A DNA stretch of 64,000 bases from an uncultured bacterium (GTDB lineage: Bacteria; Patescibacteriota; Minisyncoccia; Moranbacterales; UBA2206). The stretch lies in NCBI GenBank assembly GCA_903831805.1, contig CAIKZD010000009.1:8786-72785 (forward strand), written 5' to 3'. The position numbers were made by a program, and so were the translations under genes. Position 1 is the stretch's first letter. Each line of letters begins with the position of its first letter. The notes under the pieces are model-generated. The model had not been told where the DNA came from, searched no databases, and saw only the letters and a program-made list of their open reading frames with translations. Positions 28,386-37,276 of the stretch are shown piece after piece.

Positions 28386-28820
28386 ATGCACTACGTTACC
28401 ACTTTTAAAATTTTCAAGCATAATTTCTGGACCAATGAATGGTCGCGGTTTCTGTATGAAGGAAAATATTATCGCTTCATGGCCAGGGATATTTCAGCGG
28501 TTGAGATTTTGCCAGCTAAATACCAGCGAGTTATTTTTACGATTCCAAGAGTTTGGCTTAAGGAATATGAGAAAGGTGTGTTTATGGCTTGGAAGGAATT
28601 TCCCAAAGCCCTGCAAGCTAAGATGGAAAAATATAATTTAGTGGTGGATGATAAAGAAAAAAAGAAAATATTTACTGCGTTGCAGAAAGAACTCAAAGCC
28701 TATTTTGTGAAAAAAATCACCATTACCAATCGTCAGGCCAAGGTTTTATTGAATCTGCAAACGATGGATATCTCAGCTAGGGAAGCGCATAAAATCCATA
28801 AGAAAATCGGTCTGGAATAA
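28386..28820 (+). CDS. Hypothetical protein (144 aa), paralog 1
   Basis: 20 of 144 aa differ from 31607-32041 (counted by eye). Confidence 0.8.
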   Translation: MHYVTTFKIFKHNFWTNEWSRFLYEGKYYRFMARDISAVEILPAKYQRVIFTIPRVWLKEYEKGVFMAWKEFPKALQAKMEKYNLVVDDKEKKKIFTALQKELKAYFVKKITITNRQAKVLLNLQTMDISAREAHKIHKKIGLE

Positions 28821-28970
28821 ACTAATTCGTTAAACACACAATCATTATGAAAACATACATCTGTGAAATATGCGGAGATGTGGGAATGGAATTTTTTATA
28901 TCATTTTGTTGTAGTATATTTAGTGGCGCAGTGCTTGACGGATTTTACGAATGTGCTACAATAAATTCAG

Positions 28971-29014
28971 CTAAAACCACCCGTCCTGACCCGCAAGGGC
29001 ACGGCGGTTTTTAG
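28971..29014 (+). ncRNA. Candidate structured leader RNA, copy A (not followed by an intact NYN gene)
   Basis: ctaaaacc…ccgt…ccc-GCAA-ggg…acgg…ggtttttag, just after ttgacg-16-tacaat. Confidence 0.55.
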
Positions 29015-29208
29015 ATTTTTAGTATGGAAAAATTCGATAAAGAACAAAATGTGGCTTTTAAAAAATAATTAATCAATAACAATCATTATGAAAACATACA
29101 TCTGTGAAATTTGCGGGGATGCGGAAGTGAAATTTTTTATATCATTTCGTGGTAGTATGTTCAGTAGCGCAATTGACGAATTTTCTAGATGTGCTACAAT
29201 AAATTCAG

Positions 29209-29252
29209 CTAAAACCACCCGTCCTGACCCGCAAGGGCACGGCGGGTTTTAG
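29209..29252 (+). ncRNA. Candidate structured leader RNA, copy B (5' of NYN gene)
   Basis: Same hairpin with GNRA loop, after ttgacg-16-tacaat, 17 nt before the NYN ATG. Confidence 0.6.
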
Positions 29253-29269
29253 ATTTCAAGTGTTTGAAT

Positions 29270-29845
29270 ATGGAAAAAATCGAGAAAAAACAAAAAAGAG
29301 TCGCGATATATATTGATGGAAGCAATTTTTACTATAAATTGAGGGACTTGGAAGTCCCAAATACAACCTATTTCAATTACGGCGGACTTTCAGAATGGTT
29401 GGCAAGGGATCGTGTTATTATATCGAAGAGATACTATATAGGAGTTGTAAGGGCAAAGGAAAACGATGAAAAAGGACAGATGTTAAGAAAAAATCAACAA
29501 CGGTTGTTTAATCATCTCGGTTCGTCTGTACAGGGATTTATTGTGAAACAAGGATATCTTATGAAAAATGATGGCGTGTATCACGAAAAGGGTGTGGACG
29601 TTAAAATAGCAGTTGATTTATTGGTTGGTGCTTATGAAAATATGTATGATACTGCGATTCTTATTTCTTCTGATACTGACTTGATTCCGGCTATTCAAAA
29701 AATTAAACATTTGGGCAAGGGGGTTGAGTATATAGGTTTTTCACATAAGCCAAGTTTGGCATTGCAAAAGTACGCTTCACTGACTAGGTTGATGATGAAA
29801 GAAGAGTTGGAAGATTTTGTTTCAAAAACGATTTATAAAAAGTAG
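29270..29845 (+). CDS. NYN (LabA/DUF88, PIN-like) domain RNase
   Basis: IYIDGSNFY, EKGVDVKIAVDL, ILISSDTDLIPAI, GKGVEYIGF. Confidence 0.92.
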   Translation: MEKIEKKQKRVAIYIDGSNFYYKLRDLEVPNTTYFNYGGLSEWLARDRVIISKRYYIGVVRAKENDEKGQMLRKNQQRLFNHLGSSVQGFIVKQGYLMKNDGVYHEKGVDVKIAVDLLVGAYENMYDTAILISSDTDLIPAIQKIKHLGKGVEYIGFSHKPSLALQKYASLTRLMMKEELEDFVSKTIYKK

Positions 29846-29865
29846 CAGTATTATTTATTAGCATT

Positions 29866-30009
29866 ATGGACAAATACCAATCCGCTTGGGAAAAATTTCA
29901 GAAAAAAATGGAAGTTTTGCGTAAAAAGCAGAAAGAAATTTTGGCGCGGATTTTTAATAAACTGGATGAGCAGAAACTCGAAGCTATCCGTAAAAAATTG
30001 CAAAAATAG
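29866..30009 (+). CDS. Small basic helical protein (47 aa, MDKYQSAWEK…KKLQK)
   Basis: Manually translated; its TAG abuts the ATG at 30010. Confidence 0.55.
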   Translation: MDKYQSAWEKFQKKMEVLRKKQKEILARIFNKLDEQKLEAIRKKLQK

Positions 30010-31587
30010 ATGAGCAAAGAACAGATACAAAGTAAAAGTGAATCAGCCGTAGAGAAAATAGGGACAAAAATTTCCCCGGAAAAAACTGATGCAGAAAAAG
30101 CAGCAGAAATGAAGGTCGAGTCTGAAAAAGAAGTGGCTGGTTTTGAAAGTATAGAAAAAACTGAAATGGCGCGGGCTGAACAGCTTGTAGCTGGAGATGA
30201 ATCGCATAGTATGCATATTGATGCTAATGATATAGCGGAAATGGAGGAATCTAATCAAGAGGTGGAAGCGGCACAGGTAGAATTGGCGAATGAAATTGGC
30301 AGTAATGAAATTAGCGATGATCAAAAGGAAAAATTCGGCAACTTCATTAAGGATAAAAAAGAGTTTTATAGGGAAAATAATATGGATGTATTGAAAGAAG
30401 CGAAATATGGCAGGGATGGTGCATTAAAGGATGCAGAGTATAATAAAAAACATTTTGAGGAATATACTATAAAAGTGGAGGAGCTTAGATCGGAAATAGA
30501 ACATAAAAAATCGAGCATCATAACTAGAGTATTGGAGTTTAGGAAAATAAAAGAGCTTGAAAAAAAACTTGGTGCCCAAAAAGAACTTCAAGGAACTTAT
30601 GAAAGATGGACAGCTCAGAAAAAAGAACTGGCAGACGCTTATGACTATCTGATAGCAGAAGAAACAAAACTTTCAGCTATAATGGAGGAGGCTCACAAGG
30701 AAAATGCTGAGTGGGATGAAAATAAGAGGCTGGAGTTTATTAAAGAAGAAGACAGGAGAGATGTTTCCAAATTAGCAAAAGAACACGGAGTGTTTTTTGT
30801 CCATAATATTGTCGTGGCTGATTGGAAGCCAAGGGTCAATAATAGGGCTATTGACACAAAAAGCCTAAATTTCAACGATCAACTAGATATTATTAGGGGC
30901 TTAGATCCTACGCTTGCAGTATCTACCTTGTCACCTGATTCAAAGAATAAAACTTTCGGCAGGGCCTCTCGGGGTATATTATTTTCAGGTGGACGGATTA
31001 TTGGCGGGGATGAGAGTGATGCTGGCACCGTGGCCAATGGATTAAAAGATAGGAATATAGCGGAGCATCATAAATCAACTGAGGCAATCAGCGAGGCCAT
31101 TGAGCGTCCATCAAAAGGAAAAAAAGACAGCGAGTCTTACAACGAATTGGTTATGGAGAATCCTGAAATCGCGGGCGTATATTTCAAATGGAATGACAAC
31201 TATCCATCATTAAAGGATGGAGAGGACACATTTTTACGTAATAATGAGGTTGCTGGCTATGGAGAATGGGATGGGTGGTGGAAAGATACCGAAGAAATGA
31301 TGCAGTCTGGAGCTCCTGTTTTTGTGGTTGAAAGTGATAATAATATTCGTTTGGTGTACGATATAAATTTAAAAGAAAGGTCTTTTAAAGTAACACCGCA
31401 ATACAAGCCGGAAACCATGACGGATATGCCGGGAATATATCAACAGCACTTAGGCAAGGAGGAAAAAAGAAAGGCTGCGATGAGAGTTTTTGATAAAGCC
31501 ATAGGACTAATTCCCGAAGATGAGCAAAATAAATATATGCCAGACGGAACAGAGAAGGATGCGCAAAATTTACATAATATACATTAG
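30010..31587 (+). CDS. Hypothetical protein (525 aa): N-terminal coiled coil plus globular C-terminal domain
   Basis: E/K-rich N-half; C-half has FFVH…AVSTL…SYNELV. Confidence 0.75.
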   Translation: MSKEQIQSKSESAVEKIGTKISPEKTDAEKAAEMKVESEKEVAGFESIEKTEMARAEQLVAGDESHSMHIDANDIAEMEESNQEVEAAQVELANEIGSNEISDDQKEKFGNFIKDKKEFYRENNMDVLKEAKYGRDGALKDAEYNKKHFEEYTIKVEELRSEIEHKKSSIITRVLEFRKIKELEKKLGAQKELQGTYERWTAQKKELADAYDYLIAEETKLSAIMEEAHKENAEWDENKRLEFIKEEDRRDVSKLAKEHGVFFVHNIVVADWKPRVNNRAIDTKSLNFNDQLDIIRGLDPTLAVSTLSPDSKNKTFGRASRGILFSGGRIIGGDESDAGTVANGLKDRNIAEHHKSTEAISEAIERPSKGKKDSESYNELVMENPEIAGVYFKWNDNYPSLKDGEDTFLRNNEVAGYGEWDGWWKDTEEMMQSGAPVFVVESDNNIRLVYDINLKERSFKVTPQYKPETMTDMPGIYQQHLGKEEKRKAAMRVFDKAIGLIPEDEQNKYMPDGTEKDAQNLHNIH

Positions 31588-31606
31588 TAATCAAAAAAAC
31601 AAAAGC

Positions 31607-32041
31607 ATGCACTACATTACCACTTTCAAAATTTTCAAGCATAATTTCTGGACCAATGAATGGTCAAGATTTCTTTATGAAGGAAAATACTATCGCTTCA
31701 CGGTCAAGGATATTTCAGCGGTTGAGATTTCGCCAGCTAAATATAAACGAGTTATTTTCACGATCCCAAGAGTTTGGCTCAAGGAATATGAAAAAGGTGT
31801 TTTTCTGGCGTGGAAAGAATTTCCCAAGACTCTTCAAGTCAAGATGAAAAAATATGATCTGGTGGTGGATGATAAAGAAAAAAAGAAAATGTTTTCCATC
31901 CTGCAAAAAGAACTTAAAGCCTATTTTGTTAAAAAAAACACCATCACCAACAGCCAAGCTAGGGCTTTATTGAAACTGCAGACGATGGATATCTCAGCTA
32001 AAGAAGCGCATAAAATCCATAAGAAAATCGGTCTGGAATAA
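31607..32041 (+). CDS. Hypothetical protein (144 aa), paralog 2
   Basis: Start fixed by alignment to 28386. Confidence 0.8.
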   Translation: MHYITTFKIFKHNFWTNEWSRFLYEGKYYRFTVKDISAVEISPAKYKRVIFTIPRVWLKEYEKGVFLAWKEFPKTLQVKMKKYDLVVDDKEKKKMFSILQKELKAYFVKKNTITNSQARALLKLQTMDISAKEAHKIHKKIGLE

Positions 32042-32067
32042 ACTAATTTGTTAAACATATAACCATT

Positions 32068-32586
32068 ATGAAAACATATATCTGTGAAATTTGTGGGGAT
32101 GCCTATTTGGGCGAAGAGCGGCCGAGCGAGTGTCCGTTTTGCGGGTCGAGGCAGGCTTTTATCAAAGACGGTAAGGTCGCTAGTCCGATCACGCTTGCGC
32201 CGGAAGAATTGTCGGAAATTTCCAAGAAAAATTTGGAAAAAACTTTGGAACTGGAAATCCACGCCAACGCGGTCTATTTGTGCATGGCGGAAAAAACTAA
32301 GACGTATGAAATCAAAGCGATGTATAAGCGCTTGGCCAAGGTGGAATTGGAACACGCTAATATCGCGTGCAAATTGATGCAGAGTTATTTGCCGCAAGTG
32401 GGTGAAGGCTTTTGCGCTGAGGAAGATGCGTCCAATTTTGCTGAAACTATCAAACTGGAGGAGAATGCCACGGCTCTATATGTCCAATTTGCCAGAGAAG
32501 CGACAGAAAAGAACGTGAAAATTTTCTTCACCGCGCTTTCGCAAGTGGAAGCGGATCATATTAAGTTGATTAAGAATTATTTATAA
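32068..32586 (+). CDS. Reverse rubrerythrin (N-terminal rubredoxin plus ferritin-like domain)
   Basis: CEICG…CPFCG; E..Y…VELEH and E..A..LY…VEADH di-iron motifs. Confidence 0.88.
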   Translation: MKTYICEICGDAYLGEERPSECPFCGSRQAFIKDGKVASPITLAPEELSEISKKNLEKTLELEIHANAVYLCMAEKTKTYEIKAMYKRLAKVELEHANIACKLMQSYLPQVGEGFCAEEDASNFAETIKLEENATALYVQFAREATEKNVKIFFTALSQVEADHIKLIKNYL

Positions 32587-32596
32587 ATAATTTCAT

Positions 32597-32631
32597 GGGA
32601 GTTCGACTCCCATTAGGGGAGTCGAACTCCC
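32597..32631. repeat. Inverted REP-like doublet
   Basis: gggagttcgactccc-attag-gggagtcgaactccc; each half is itself quasi-palindromic. Confidence 0.7.
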
Positions 32632-32659
32632 TTCTGTTGGGCGGGAATTACAAAAAAAC

Positions 32660-33764
32660 ATGATCAAAGAATTCAAACTCGAAATTGAAAAACTGAAAGC
32701 TAAACTCGCTCTTTTGAGCGACTATCTTTGACTTGCCGAAAAAGAAAATCAGGATTGAAGAATTGGAAAAAGAATCGGCCGAGCCGGATTTTTGGAATGA
32801 CAATCAAGCCGCGGCCATCTTGATGCAGGAGTTGGAGGGTTTGCGCAGTGAGCTCTCGTTGCTCAGTAATTTGGAAACAGAGATTGATGAAATCGCTGAT
32901 TTTTTAGAAGTTTTTTCCGAGACGGAAAGTTCCAGTGAAGCGGAAGGAAAAGAAATTGAAAGCCGGATTGGCGAGATTGCAGAAAAATTAGACGCTTTGG
33001 AATTCAAGACGCTTTTTGCCGGTGAATATGACAACAGTAGCGCTATCCTTACCATCATGAGCGGGGCGGGCGGAGTGGATGCGCAGGATTGGAGTGAAAT
33101 GCTTCTCCGAATGTATTTACGCTTCGCGGAAAAAAATGGTTTTCGGGCCAGTTTGATTGATGAGGCGCGCGGAGCGGAAGCCGGGATAAAATCCGCTACG
33201 TTGGAAATTTCCGGCGCTTATGCGTATGGAAATTTGAAAAGCGAAGCGGGTGTGCATCGCTTGGTGCGTTTGTCGCCTTTCAATTCCGATAACCTGCGCC
33301 AAACTTCCTTTGCCTCAGTGGAAGTCTTGCCGGTCATTGCGGAAATCGCCGAGGTGCAGATTGATCCGAGCGATTTGCGCGTGGATGTCTATCGCTCGAG
33401 CGGCGCCGGTGGGCAAAGCGTCAACACGACGGATAGCGCGGTGCGCCTGACGCACTTGCCCACCGGTATCGTAGTCACTTGCCAAAACGAAAGATCGCAA
33501 TTACAAAACAAAGAGCAAGCTATGAAAATTTTGAAAGCCAAATTGCATAAACTGTATTTGGAAAAACAGGAAGCGGAAAAAAGAAAGTTGCGCGGCGTGA
33601 CCAAGGCGGCGGAATGGGGCAGCCAGATCCGTTCCTATGTCTTGCATCCGTATAAGATGGTCAAAGATCATCGCACCAAACATGAAACGGCGCAGGCAGA
33701 AGAAGTTTTGGCGGGGGACTTAACCGGTTTCATGGAAAGCTACTTGAAGCATATTCAAAAGTAA
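32660..33764 (+). CDS. prfB: Peptide chain release factor 2, programmed +1 frameshift at CTT TGA C (32726-32732)
   Basis: 23-codon ORF ending TAT CTT TGA C; +1 frame contains SPF and GGQ. Confidence 0.95.
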
Positions 33765-33803
33765 GTTATAATATAAGAAGAAATTATTACGGTAAAAAAT
33801 AAA

Positions 33804-34562
33804 ATGAAAAAAGTTGAAGAAATAGAAAATGAAAACGAAGTTGTGGAAGAGGCGGCGGGCGAGGAAGAAAAATTTCCGATGTTTAAATTTGATCATGTGA
33901 CCAAGGCCTTTAAGGGTGATGCGGCTGCGCTTTCGGATATCGATTTTGAAATCCAAGAAGGAGAATTTGTCACTTTGATCGGGCACAGCGGTGCCGGGAA
34001 ATCTACGCTGCTAAAACTTATCTATGCCGAAGAAACAGCCACCGAAGGTGAGGTCTATTTCAATGGGGCACCGCTCAGTAAAATTAAAAAAAGAAAATTG
34101 CCGTTCCATCGTCGCAAGATTGGGATGGTTTTCCAGGATTTCAAGCTGCTGCCGAAAAAGACTGCCTATGAGAATGTGGCTTATGCTCTGGAAGCTTGCG
34201 GCGCGCGCGCGGATGAGATCAGGGAAGACGTGCCGCAAATTTTGGATATTGTCGGGCTAGGGGATAAGATGGGAAAGTTTCCGCATCAGTTGTCCGGTGG
34301 TGAACAGCAAAAGGTGGTGTTGGCGCGCGCGCTTATCCACAAACCCCAAGTGATTGTAGCGGATGAGCCGACCGGCAATTTGGATCCGGGCAATTCGGCG
34401 GAAATAATCGATCTGCTTTTAAAGATAAACAAGTTGGGCACCACGGTGATTCTAGCCAGTCATGACCGAGACATTGTGGATCGCGCTTCCAAACGCGTAA
34501 TCGTTTTGGAAAAAGGAAAAATAATTTGCGATGATGCTAAAAGTAAATATCGAGTATGTTAA
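33804..34562 (+). CDS. ftsE: Cell division ATP-binding protein FtsE
   Basis: GHSGAGKST, IGMVFQDFKLL, followed by ftsX. Confidence 0.9.
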   Translation: MKKVEEIENENEVVEEAAGEEEKFPMFKFDHVTKAFKGDAAALSDIDFEIQEGEFVTLIGHSGAGKSTLLKLIYAEETATEGEVYFNGAPLSKIKKRKLPFHRRKIGMVFQDFKLLPKKTAYENVAYALEACGARADEIREDVPQILDIVGLGDKMGKFPHQLSGGEQQKVVLARALIHKPQVIVADEPTGNLDPGNSAEIIDLLLKINKLGTTVILASHDRDIVDRASKRVIVLEKGKIICDDAKSKYRVC

Positions 34563-35476
34563 AAAATATGTTTTTGGTCATTGGTCGGACAATGAAAGAA
34601 AGTTTTATCAATTTTTGGCGGAACGGCTGGTTGTCGATCGCTTCGGTCAGCGTGCTCACCTTGGCGCTCTATGTCGCCGGCGCGCTCATGGTCCTCATGA
34701 TGGTTTCCGGGACGGTGCTGGCGAATGTGGAAAACCGCATCAATGTCAGTGTCTATTTCAAGCCGGACGTCAGTGAGGAACAAATCATAAAAATCAAGTC
34801 CGATTTGGAAAGTTATGGCGAAGTTAAATCGACGCAGTACATCTCCAAAGAACAGGCCTTGGCTGATTTCAAGAAGAACAACGCCAATGAGCCGGTCATT
34901 TTGCAATCCTTGGATGAAATCGGAGGCAATCCGCTTTTGGCCTCGCTCGTGGTGCGGGCCAATGACCCCAATCAATATCAAAACATCACCGAATATATCG
35001 CCAACGCTTCTTTCAAGGATGATGTTAGTCGGGTGAATTATGTCAAAAATAAGGAAATCATCGATCGCTTGAACAGTATCATTGGCCAAGCTCGCAAAGT
35101 CGGTCTGGCTTTAGCACTCATCTCAGCGGCCGTGGCGGTGCTCATCATTTTCAACACTATTAGAATCACAATCTACATTCACAAACCGGAAATCGAAGTG
35201 ATGCGCTTGGTGGGGGCTTCCAATATGTTCATCCGCTTGCCTTTCCTTTTTGAGGGGATAATCTATGGTGTGCTGTCTTCTCTTTTTGCCACCATTCTTC
35301 TCCTTATCACCATGAAATTCATCAATCCTTACATTTCCAACACCGTCCTTTCGCGCAGCCTGATGGCGTTCTATTTCAGTCAGATGTTTTTCATCTTGGG
35401 CATCCAATTGCTCGTCGGCATCTTCCTCGGCATCTTCAGCAGCTGGATCGCCATGCGGAAATATCTAAAGATTTGA
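34556..35476 (+). CDS. ftsX: Cell division permease FtsX
   Basis: NFWRNGWLS, NPL..SL, EIEVMRLVGASNMFIRLPF. Confidence 0.9.
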   Translation: MLKNMFLVIGRTMKESFINFWRNGWLSIASVSVLTLALYVAGALMVLMMVSGTVLANVENRINVSVYFKPDVSEEQIIKIKSDLESYGEVKSTQYISKEQALADFKKNNANEPVILQSLDEIGGNPLLASLVVRANDPNQYQNITEYIANASFKDDVSRVNYVKNKEIIDRLNSIIGQARKVGLALALISAAVAVLIIFNTIRITIYIHKPEIEVMRLVGASNMFIRLPFLFEGIIYGVLSSLFATILLLITMKFINPYISNTVLSRSLMAFYFSQMFFILGIQLLVGIFLGIFSSWIAMRKYLKI

Positions 35477-35553
35477 TTTTTTGACAAAGTTGCTATATAT
35501 TGAAACAAGACTGAAAAGTCTTGTTTTGTTGCCTCATCGGCAACTAAAGACGG

Positions 35554-35625
35554 TGGAGCGTAGCCAAGTGGTAAGGCAACGGGTTCTGATCCCGTCATGC
35601 GTAGGTCCGAATCCTACCGCTCCAA
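35554..35625 (+). tRNA. tRNA-Gln(CTG)
   Basis: tggagcg/cgctcca acceptor, tt-CTG-at loop; T-loop reads TCCGAAT; terminator at 35634-35661. Confidence 0.9.
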
Positions 35626-35778
35626 CAACGACCAAAAACAGCTCAAATGAGCTGTTTTTTTGTTTCGCAGTTGACAAGAATGGTTTTTAGGTGTATAATC
35701 TACAGTTACGATTGGATAGAGCGGGTTTTCACAAAAAACCTAAAAACTGATAAGAATGTTGTTTAAAAGGAGAATGCC

Positions 35779-36441
35779 ATGAAATATACTTTCAAAGATT
35801 ACCGTAATGCAGGAATGGTTTTGTTTTGTTTAATTCTGCTCGCTTTTGTGGCTGGCGAAATAGACAAGTCTTATCAGAATGTTTTTGGAAGAGAAAAGGT
35901 AAGCGGATTAATCCAAGACGTAAAGAGGTTCCGCAATGTGCCTGGTTACGACCCAATCACTCTTGATTACATTGTCAATAAACTTGAAGGCGCAGTCAAT
36001 TCCAGGGTGATTACCTGGAAAAGATTGGGCACAGACCATGCCGAACTCAAAAGCTTGGCAAGGCAAAACAGAGTGAAAGATCTTAAAGTAACCCTGCAGA
36101 GGTTCCGAAGTATACCAGGCTACGGCCAAAGCACTAGTAACTACATCATTGATGGATTTGAAAATGCAGTCAAGTCTGATGTGACCACCTGGAAAGAATT
36201 GGAGACAAGTCAGGCTGAGCTCGAAAAATTAGCAAGACAAAATAGAGTGAAGGATCTCAAAATAACCCTAGGGATGTTCCGCAGCATACCCGGTTACGAC
36301 TCAGAGAGTATTCGTTTCGTCATCAATGAACTTAGAGATGCGGTCGACTCCAATGTGACCACCTGGGAAGAATTAGGAACTGACCAAGCTGAGCTCGAGA
36401 GCCTGGCAAAACAAAATAAAGCGAAAGAAGGAGAAATGTAA
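35779..36441 (+). CDS. Membrane-anchored protein with three 58-aa repeats
   Basis: N-terminal TM; FRxxPGY…TWxxLxTxxAELxxLAxQN three times; own promoter, SD and terminator. Confidence 0.8.
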   Translation: MKYTFKDYRNAGMVLFCLILLAFVAGEIDKSYQNVFGREKVSGLIQDVKRFRNVPGYDPITLDYIVNKLEGAVNSRVITWKRLGTDHAELKSLARQNRVKDLKVTLQRFRSIPGYGQSTSNYIIDGFENAVKSDVTTWKELETSQAELEKLARQNRVKDLKITLGMFRSIPGYDSESIRFVINELRDAVDSNVTTWEELGTDQAELESLAKQNKAKEGEM

Positions 36442-36637
36442 TTTACATTCTCTATTAGAATGCTATCGAGCAATCTCGCTCACCCGCCCCGATCAATTAA
36501 CTTTGGTTGGGGTGTGTTTTTTTATACAAAAATTTTACAAATATTTGAGCTATTGACAAAAGTCATTCGCTACGATAAATTTCTAGCAGTACCTAACCCC
36601 ATAATGCTGTTAACCTTATCACAGGAGGAACTATCTA

Positions 36638-36934
36638 ATGAGTGAGTCTGAAAAGTTTTACCCAGAGTTTTTAGATGTTGGTTCGAAAGGCCCCGCAGTT
36701 GCCCATCTGCAATCAGCTCTGTTGCAGGCAGGATATAATCCCGCTATTGAAGTGGATGGCGATTATGGAGGGCAAACGACGTTAGGCGTGCGTGAATTGC
36801 AGGAAGAGTTGGGTGTTGAAGTTGATGGACACTTCGGTCCGGCCACGAGAGATGCTTGGACTAAGGCTGGCGGACCGGACGTGAACGCTATACCCAAGAG
36901 TGCATTCACATGTGCAGAGGCTTATATCGGATAA
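36638..36934 (+). CDS. Peptidoglycan-binding domain protein (PG_binding_1)
   Basis: GSKGPAVAHLQSAL…DGDYG..T…LQ…VDGHFGPAT. Confidence 0.85.
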   Translation: MSESEKFYPEFLDVGSKGPAVAHLQSALLQAGYNPAIEVDGDYGGQTTLGVRELQEELGVEVDGHFGPATRDAWTKAGGPDVNAIPKSAFTCAEAYIG

Positions 36935-37276
36935 CTCCGAACAGCAAAAAGCATTGATCTCCTCAGCCGTTTTATTATTAGGCTGGGGAGGTTTTTTATA
37001 TAAAAAAACGATTGAAATCATTGCGATGCCACTCGCGGGAGTAAATTTAGAGTATTATTTTTTAAAGTGGCTTAGTATAGCCATTTTTTGTTTGCGCGGT
37101 TGACAGAAGCGCGATTGTATGCTAAGATTGTTAATCAGGGTTAGAACCTTAAAAATTCAGCGAAAACTCCATCATCCTGTTTTTATCCTTAGTTAGTCAT
37201 CTAATTTGGGATAAAAATAGGGTGTTGGAGAGGATGATATTGCTATTGAAATACTTAAACGAAAAAGGAGAGGGTC

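Larger units (their letters stand above)
28838..29295 (+). repeat. ~241-bp diverged tandem duplication (rubrerythrin 5' fragment, promoter, hairpin RNA, NYN start)
   Basis: ATGs at 28847 and 29088 both begin MKTYICEICGD; 57 nt identical at 28951-29007 and 29189-29245. Confidence 0.85.

Noticed and set aside
28847-29201. 55-aa and 37-aa ORFs starting MKTYICEICGD as real proteins
   Set aside because: Only the first ~11 codons match rubrerythrin, and the frames diverge between copies afterwards, so they are treated as fragments.
28386-32041. Diversity-generating retroelement TR/VR pair in the duplicated 144-aa genes
   Set aside because: Differences are not adenine-restricted and no reverse transcriptase is in the window.
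28056-32100. Integrative element or prophage at tRNA-Thr
   Set aside because: No integrase, no phage genes and no duplicated tRNA 3' end were found.
32660-33764. Possible UGA-to-Gly recoding (code 25) or a prfB pseudogene
   Set aside because: Long genes translate in code 11, TGA ends several genes, and the in-frame TGA is the canonical RF2 frameshift site.
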